Assembly: GCA_963668675.2 (NCBI GenBank)
Contig: CAXXMB010000002.1
Location: 224,001 to 288,000 of the forward strand
Length of the DNA: 64,000 bases
Source of the DNA: an uncultured Desulfatitalea sp.
Lineage (GTDB): Bacteria > Desulfobacterota > Desulfobacteria > Desulfobacterales > Desulfosarcinaceae
Reading direction: 5' to 3'
Shown here: in pieces, positions 58,332 through 64,000 of the stretch
How the letters are laid out: every line of letters starts with the position of its first letter
How positions within the stretch are numbered: the stretch's first letter is position 1
Translations under genes and position numbers: made by a program
Notes under the pieces: generated by a model
The model's database searches: none
The model's input: only the letters and a program-made list of their open reading frames with translations
What the model was told of the DNA's origin: nothing

Positions 58332-59624
58332 CTACACATCCTCTTTAACGGGGACAACCGTGACGGTGAGCCGCTCTACGGCCTGAACGGTCACTTTGGC
58401 GCCGACGGCTGCCGGCTCTTGAAAACGGGCTTTCCAGAGCTCACCGTGGACCTGCACTCTGCCCTCCTTCCCATTTGCCTTCTTGACCACGCCCACCTCT
58501 CCCACGAGCCCCTCGGGGCCACCGAACGGTTGATGGGTGTGGGCCCGGACAACCAGGGTCACAACGGCGACGAAGAAACCGGATATAACCAGAACCGTTG
58601 GAACCAACAGCTGCCACGCCACCTGAAACTGGGGACCGGCGCCTTTGAACAGCATGAGGGATCCGAGCACCAGGCTCAACACCCCGGCCACGCTGAGCAT
58701 GCCGTAACTGGTCACCTTCAGCTCCAGTATGAAAAATATCACCGATAAAACAATCAAGAGGATTCCGGCAATGTTCACCGGAAGGGTTTGAAACGAAAAA
58801 AACGCCAGAATCAAAGCAATGGCACCGATAACGCCCGGAAAAATCGCGCCCGGCTGGGAAAGCTCGAAGTAGAGCCCCGCCAAACCAATCATGAAAAGAA
58901 TGTAGGCAATATTGGGATCGCTGATCACCTTGAGGATTTTGGTGCGCAAGTTAGGCTCGATCTCGGTAATGCCGGCACCGGCTACCTTTAAAGGCCCTTT
59001 GCCTTGGATCTCCCGCCCGTCGATTTTGGCGATCAACTCCTCCAGATCCTTGGCAATCAAATCGACGACATTGAGCTTAAGTGCCTCCTCTGCGGTAACA
59101 GACACGCTTTCGCGGACCGCCTTTTCAGCCCACTCCGCATTGCGCCCACGCCGCTCGGCGATCCCCTTTGTAAAGGCCACCAGGTCGTTGGTTACCTTTT
59201 CCGTCATGGTCTTTTCCATCTCTTTACCGCCGCCGGCAACCGGATGGGCCGCGCCAATGTTGGTGCCCGGTGCCATGGCGGCAATATCGCCAGCCATGGT
59301 GATCATCACGCCGGCCGATGCCGCCCGGGCACCACTGGGCGTTACATAGACCACGACAGGGATCTGACAGGCGTAGATGGCTTGTACGATCTTACGCATC
59401 GACTCGACCGCACCTCCCGGCGTGTCCAGCTGAATGATGAGACAGGCGGCCTGGCCTTCGGTGGCCGCCTCGATGGCGTCCTCCAAAAATTCAGCCACCC
59501 CCGGGCCGATGGGATCGGCCACAGTGACCGTCATCACCTGGACGCCGTCATCCGCATCAGCCGCCAAAGCGACACCCGTTGCCAGAAGAACGCCAATTAC
59601 AATCCAAACTGCAATCCAACGCAT
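58332..59624 (-). CDS. nfeD: NfeD membrane-bound serine protease
   Basis: LDTPGG, AASAG, GTNIGAAHP, TM region, C-terminal OB fold (VHGELW.A). Confidence 0.93.
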   Translation of the reverse strand: MRWIAVWIVIGVLLATGVALAADADDGVQVMTVTVADPIGPGVAEFLEDAIEAATEGQAACLIIQLDTPGGAVESMRKIVQAIYACQIPVVVYVTPSGARAASAGVMITMAGDIAAMAPGTNIGAAHPVAGGGKEMEKTMTEKVTNDLVAFTKGIAERRGRNAEWAEKAVRESVSVTAEEALKLNVVDLIAKDLEELIAKIDGREIQGKGPLKVAGAGITEIEPNLRTKILKVISDPNIAYILFMIGLAGLYFELSQPGAIFPGVIGAIALILAFFSFQTLPVNIAGILLIVLSVIFFILELKVTSYGMLSVAGVLSLVLGSLMLFKGAGPQFQVAWQLLVPTVLVISGFFVAVVTLVVRAHTHQPFGGPEGLVGEVGVVKKANGKEGRVQVHGELWKARFQEPAAVGAKVTVQAVERLTVTVVPVKEDV

Positions 59625-59795
59625 GAAACATCTCCTCTGCTATTCGCCAACCCGATCACCCATCGATCTGGTCATCACCGATCGGATGGTTATCGGAACA
59701 GGGAAGCCTTGGATACCGGCAAGCACTCCTCGTTCCGAAATGCGTCCGGTTCCTGTTCCAATCTCCATCGGGAATCCAGGTTCATTTGGTTCATT

Positions 59796-60518
59796 TTACA
59801 GCGGGATACGCAATAAAGCCATGATCTTTTTCATGTCATCCCATACGAGCCGTTTCTGATCCGGCTCTCTCAAGAGGTAGGCAGGATGGTAGGTCGGCAT
59901 CACCTTTATGCCGTCATATTCGTGAAAACGGCCCCTGAGACGGGAGACCGCCTGGTCGGTGTCCAACAACACCTTTGTAGCTACGCTACCAAGGGTGCAG
60001 ATCACCTTGGGTGCAACCGCTTTGATCTGACGATCGAGGAAGGGGCGACATGTCTGGATCTCGACAGGCTCGGGATTTCGGTTATCTGGGGGACGGCACT
60101 TGACCACATTGCAGATGTACACCTGGTCCCGGGTCAGATGCATGGCCTCTATGATCCGTGTCAAAAGCTGTCCGGCGGGCCCTACGAAGGGCTTTCCGCT
60201 GCGGTCCTCTTCCTGTCCGGGTCCCTCCCCAACGAACATCAGCTCAGCCTTCGGATCGCCTTCGCCGAAGACGAGGTGGGTTCGTTTGGCACTCAACCCG
60301 CACCGGGTACACTCGCCAAGATCGCTGCGAATGGCATCGAGCTCCTCGCCAACGGCTTGGGCATCCATCGGATCGGTCCACTTTTTCAGGATGGCCAATG
60401 ATTGAGGTGAACAGTCGAATCCGCGGCATCCCCACTTGGACAACTGCACCAGGGTGTTGTGCAATGCGCTGAGCGTATGGTCAAGGGTGACAGGAGCTGT
60501 TTTCACGACACGTTCCAC
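59796..60518 (-). CDS. Uracil-DNA glycosylase, family 4 (Fe-S)
   Basis: CTRC.L, GEGPG..ED, PFVG.AG, KCRPP.NR, HPAYLLR. Confidence 0.95.
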   Translation of the reverse strand: MERVVKTAPVTLDHTLSALHNTLVQLSKWGCRGFDCSPQSLAILKKWTDPMDAQAVGEELDAIRSDLGECTRCGLSAKRTHLVFGEGDPKAELMFVGEGPGQEEDRSGKPFVGPAGQLLTRIIEAMHLTRDQVYICNVVKCRPPDNRNPEPVEIQTCRPFLDRQIKAVAPKVICTLGSVATKVLLDTDQAVSRLRGRFHEYDGIKVMPTYHPAYLLREPDQKRLVWDDMKKIMALLRIPL

Positions 60519-60522
60519 CTGG

Positions 60523-61740
60523 TCATGCCGGGGTTTCGACAGATGCTATCAAGGCGCAAATGCGATCCAGCACAACGCCAGCAAGGTCGATTTTGGGCAT
60601 CAGCTCGATCTGCTCCTGTCTGCCGTCCCGAAAGAAGAGGGTCGCCCGGTTCGTATCGGCTTGGAAACCTGCCTCCGGTGCACCGATCAGGTTGGCGACA
60701 ATCATATCGAGGTTCTTGGCCTCCAGTTTGGCCTTTGCGTATGAGGCCATATCGTGGGTTTCCGCAGCGAATCCGACCAGAATTTGGCCCTTTTTGCTCG
60801 CCCCCAACGCTTTTAGAATGTCCTGGGTGCGCTCCAGGTTGATGGTCGTTGCGGCGTCCTGCTTCTTGATCTTCAGATCGGAGACCTCAGCCGGCCTGAA
60901 ATCGGCCACGGCCGCTGTCTTGATGATCACCTGATGCGTGTCCATCTCGGCCAAGGCGGCCGAGGCCATCTCGGCAGCGGTGGTGACCTGTATGAGACGA
61001 ACCCCGGCAGGCGGGGCAAGGGCAGTGGGACCGGAGATGAGGGTCACTTCGGCACCGCGCATGGCCGCAGCCTGCGCGATGGCGTACCCCATCTTGCCGG
61101 AGGATGGGTTGGTGATGAAACGCACCGGATCGATGGCTTCCCGCGTTGGGCCGGCCGTGATCAAAACACGCCGCCCGCAAAAATCCTTCGGTTGGAAGAG
61201 CGCCCTGACAGCGTCCATGATGATCGCCGGTTCGGGGAGGCGCCCGGGGCCTACGGTGCCGCACGCCAGCTCGCCGCTCCCTGGCTCAAGGATCTTGTAT
61301 CCGAATGACTTGAGGCGTTCGATATTGTGCTGGACCTGCCGGCTCTGGTACATGTCGGTGTTCATTGCCGGGCAGATCAGAACCGGGCAGGTAACGGCCA
61401 ACATGAAGGTACTCAGCGCGTCGTCGGCGATGCCGGCCGCCAGCTTTCCGATGATGTTGGCCGTCGCCGGGGCGAGAACCACCGCATCCGCCTCTTTGGC
61501 CCAATGGATATGTTGAACAGCCGCTTCATCGGATATTTCGAACAGCGTGCGGCACACCCGCTGTTGACTGAGGGCCTCAAAGGTGATCGGACCGACAAAG
61601 CGGCAAGCGTTCTCCGTCATCAACACCCGGACGAGGGCCTCATCCTTGATGAGCAGACGCACCAGTTCGGCCGCTTTGTATGCGGCGATCCCGCCGGACA
61701 CGCCAAGCACGACACGTTTTCCTGGTATGAAGAACCCCAT
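60523..61740 (-). CDS. coaBC: Phosphopantothenoylcysteine decarboxylase/ligase
   Basis: GGIAAYKA, PATAN, PAMN, ACG..G.GRL, DPVRFITN.SSGKMG. Start placed at ATG 61740. Confidence 0.97.
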   Translation of the reverse strand: MGFFIPGKRVVLGVSGGIAAYKAAELVRLLIKDEALVRVLMTENACRFVGPITFEALSQQRVCRTLFEISDEAAVQHIHWAKEADAVVLAPATANIIGKLAAGIADDALSTFMLAVTCPVLICPAMNTDMYQSRQVQHNIERLKSFGYKILEPGSGELACGTVGPGRLPEPAIIMDAVRALFQPKDFCGRRVLITAGPTREAIDPVRFITNPSSGKMGYAIAQAAAMRGAEVTLISGPTALAPPAGVRLIQVTTAAEMASAALAEMDTHQVIIKTAAVADFRPAEVSDLKIKKQDAATTINLERTQDILKALGASKKGQILVGFAAETHDMASYAKAKLEAKNLDMIVANLIGAPEAGFQADTNRATLFFRDGRQEQIELMPKIDLAGVVLDRICALIASVETPA

Positions 61741-61859
61741 ATCCCCCTCTTCTATATAACTCCCGGCGTTGAACATTGAACGTCCGCCGACACCCCTTCG
61801 GCGGATGCACAAGGGGCCACTCTTTTCACGATCCCTCTTTGAACCGGATCGGGCAGTCG

Positions 61860-62360
61860 CTATTTATGCAGTCCGCTCTGCATCGTGGACGTGATCGGTG
61901 CTACCCAGATCTCCACTTTGGTGCTGAAACTGCCGTCCGTAATAGCGATGACGCACCAGCGGGTCTTCTTCTCAAAAACCAGCATCGAGCGTGACGACCG
62001 GAAGGAGCCCACTTTATTCCAGCCGTCCACCGGCATCTTCTTTTCGAAAAAGCCCACAAGGGAATTGGCATCCACGCCACTGCTCATCACCAGAACGCCG
62101 GAGGTCGTACCACCGGTGTTCATCACAAAGGACTCCTTCTTATCAACCTTCAACTCTTTGGGCAGCATCACATCGCCAAAGTCGAGATAGACGTGGGCAT
62201 TCTCCGGTTGAACGGCCGCAGGGGCAGCGGGAGCAGCGGAAGAAGCGTCCTGTTCCTTGGAATCCAGAGTGGAGCACCCGGTCACCAGCAGAAGCACTGC
62301 TGCTGCGCAGATCAATAGCGTTGTTGTTTTTTTGTGTATGGCCATCTTCTTCATCGTCAC
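61860..62360 (-). CDS. Hypothetical lipoprotein
   Basis: Lipobox VTGC; DFGDV..P.EL. Confidence 0.8.
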   Translation of the reverse strand: MTMKKMAIHKKTTTLLICAAAVLLLVTGCSTLDSKEQDASSAAPAAPAAVQPENAHVYLDFGDVMLPKELKVDKKESFVMNTGGTTSGVLVMSSGVDANSLVGFFEKKMPVDGWNKVGSFRSSRSMLVFEKKTRWCVIAITDGSFSTKVEIWVAPITSTMQSGLHK

Positions 62361-62389
62361 GCCCTCCTTTGGTCCTGCTTTTTATCCAG

Positions 62390-62662
62390 TTATCTGTTTC
62401 TCTCTTTGCGCTTCTTCTGCTTCAGCAGATCGATCCACTCCCGCAGTAAAAGCGCCGTATCTTTTCTCGTCGGTCCCTGTTGCCGGTCCATTTTGCGCTC
62501 AATCTCCGCAAGGGCCCTGTTCAGATCGGGGTCTTTGGGATGCCGATCCACCAGATGGCGGTATATTTCGGCCGCTTTTCGCAAATATCCCTGCTCGGCA
62601 TAAAGCCGTGCCATGCTAACCGTATAGAACTCGGATGAATCGGTCATCTGTCGATGGGACAC
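62390..62662 (-). CDS. Small TPR-like protein
   Basis: TVSMARLYAEQG...A.EIYR.L...P. Confidence 0.75.
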   Translation of the reverse strand: MSHRQMTDSSEFYTVSMARLYAEQGYLRKAAEIYRHLVDRHPKDPDLNRALAEIERKMDRQQGPTRKDTALLLREWIDLLKQKKRKERNR

Positions 62663-62952
62663 TAGTTGGTATCGTTTCTAAATTTAAAGATGAGCTCATC
62701 GGAGCGTATCATGCCCAGCTCCTGGCGGGCGACATTTTCAAGAAAGGCCGGATCGTTCTGCAGCCGGTCTATCGTCCTGTACATCTGCAGGATCTCCTGG
62801 GTAAGCACTTCGTTGCCCTTCAGCAGGTCGGAATGGGCTGTCTGCATGCGTTGCAATTCGACCCAACCATTATCTCCAAAGGTGACCACCAGGATCAGAT
62901 GGAACATAACGACCCCAACCAGGGCGATCAGAATTTTCTGTTTGCGGCTCAC
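62662..62952 (-). CDS. Septum formation initiator (FtsB/DivIC family)
   Basis: GTG at 62952 overlaps the murJ stop (GTGA); TM, GDNG, coiled coil, E..ARQELGM...DE. Confidence 0.88.
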   Translation of the reverse strand: MSRKQKILIALVGVVMFHLILVVTFGDNGWVELQRMQTAHSDLLKGNEVLTQEILQMYRTIDRLQNDPAFLENVARQELGMIRSDELIFKFRNDTN

Positions 62953-64000
62953 GATCGAATCGACCTTTTTCGAATTATGTTCAGGAGCGTGTGCAACTCC
63001 GGCATAGCCAGAACACGTGCCAATAGTCCAAAAACAAACACACCTGTGGCCACACAACCGGCAACCCCCGGGAGCAGCGCGACACCTGCGACATCGCCAT
63101 CGGGAAGTATCCATTTGGACACTCCCCATACAGAAGCGCCCATAATGGCCGAACAGTAAGTCGACTTAAGTGCAGAGGCAACAATGGCTCGCCCGCCCAA
63201 GGCCCCCAATCTCTTCCTGAGGGCCAGACTCAACAGCGCCAAATTCAGGATAGAGGCCATCGTAAGGGCCAACGCAAGTCCATTATGCTTCATGGGCCCC
63301 ATCAATGCAATGCCGAGTACCAAATTGAACACAATGGTCAACACTGCAATCCCTACCGGGGTGCGGGTGTCTTTCAGCGCATAAAACAGATTGAGGACAA
63401 CACGCACCGCCGAAAACGCCCATAATCCCATACCATAGTATAATAAGGCACTGGCAGTCAATCGCGTGGAGTGAAGATCAAAAGCGCCACGCTGAAACAG
63501 CATGGCGATGATCGGCTCTCGCAATACAATTAAACCGACCATGGCGGGTATGGTGATAAAAAAAACCAACCGCATGGCATGACCGAAGGTATGGCGCATG
63601 GCATCGTACTGCTTCATGACCGATTGGCGCGCCAGGGTGGGAAAGACCGCCGTGGCCGTTGCGATGCCGAAGATGCCGAGGGGAAACTGAAGCAGGCGGT
63701 CCGCGTAATAGAGATAGGAGACGCTGCCCTGTTGCAGCATGGAGGCCAGTAGGGTCATCACCAGGTTGTTGATCTGGTAGACAGCGGCACCAAAGAGAAC
63801 CGGCCCCAACATGAGAGCAATCTGCTTAAAGGCCGGGTGCCACCATGGAGAGGATCGCCATAGAAAAAGCCTGTTCCTGATTAAAAAAGGGACCTGCAGA
63901 CCCAGCTGCAGCGCTCCTCCGACAACCACGCCCACCGCCAACCAACGAACCAGCGCCGCGCTGGAGGTAACCCAGAAGGATCCGCCGATGATGGCCACAA
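62949..64000 (-). CDS. murJ: Lipid II flippase MurJ (MviN), 5' part outside the window
   Basis: LYYADRL.QFPLG, FQRGAF, FYALKDTRTP, GLALA. Confidence 0.95.
   Translation of the reverse strand, partial: VAIIGGSFWVTSSAALVRWLAVGVVVGGALQLGLQVPFLIRNRLFLWRSSPWWHPAFKQIALMLGPVLFGAAVYQINNLVMTLLASMLQQGSVSYLYYADRLLQFPLGIFGIATATAVFPTLARQSVMKQYDAMRHTFGHAMRLVFFITIPAMVGLIVLREPIIAMLFQRGAFDLHSTRLTASALLYYGMGLWAFSAVRVVLNLFYALKDTRTPVGIAVLTIVFNLVLGIALMGPMKHNGLALALTMASILNLALLSLALRKRLGALGGRAIVASALKSTYCSAIMGASVWGVSKWILPDGDVAGVALLPGVAGCVATGVFVFGLLARVLAMPELHTLLNIIRKRSIRS

Noticed and set aside
57473..59624. NfeD-stomatin pair as a novel system
   Set aside because: A well-known conserved operon; useful only as a contrast to the SPFH-AAA-Lon pair.

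Overview
High-GC anaerobic deltaproteobacterial DNA; gene content and order suggest Desulfobacterales (inference). The window has three zones. (1) 1-~9 kb is an AT-richer, scarred accessory region: a secreted Zn-phospholipase C/P1-nuclease-like gene, a dead IS5-family element, an orphan type I-F-like CRISPR repeat-spacer-degenerate repeat, REP-like palindromes, an IS3 remnant, a hybrid kinase, and a ~650-bp direct duplication carrying a SnoaL-like gene. (2) ~9-41 kb holds accessory modules: a MetE-core-like/flavodoxin-SCP2/SDR cluster; an SPFH gene paired with a 1139-aa tandem-AAA+ plus Lon-protease-domain gene behind a structured leader; a sigma54 two-component system with a TolC-HlyD-2x permease operon; an orphan VgrG-PAAR locus with two adaptor-effector-immunity units (peptidoglycan-binding HEXXH peptidase; amidohydrolase-fold protein); and a radical SAM gene. 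(3) ~41-64 kb is a minus-strand core block: murJ, ftsB-like, coaBC, udg, nfeD-stomatin, xerC-hslVU-argB-argD-argG-argH-lysA-dapF-folK-fsa-pgsA-tRNA-Gly-tRNA-Cys-cinA. argF is absent from the arg run, and two intergenic gaps carry 8-bp-periodic inverted-repeat elements. The best candidate for an undescribed system is SPFH + AAA-AAA-Lon (12396-16856). All calls are from motif reading by eye; no searches were run.
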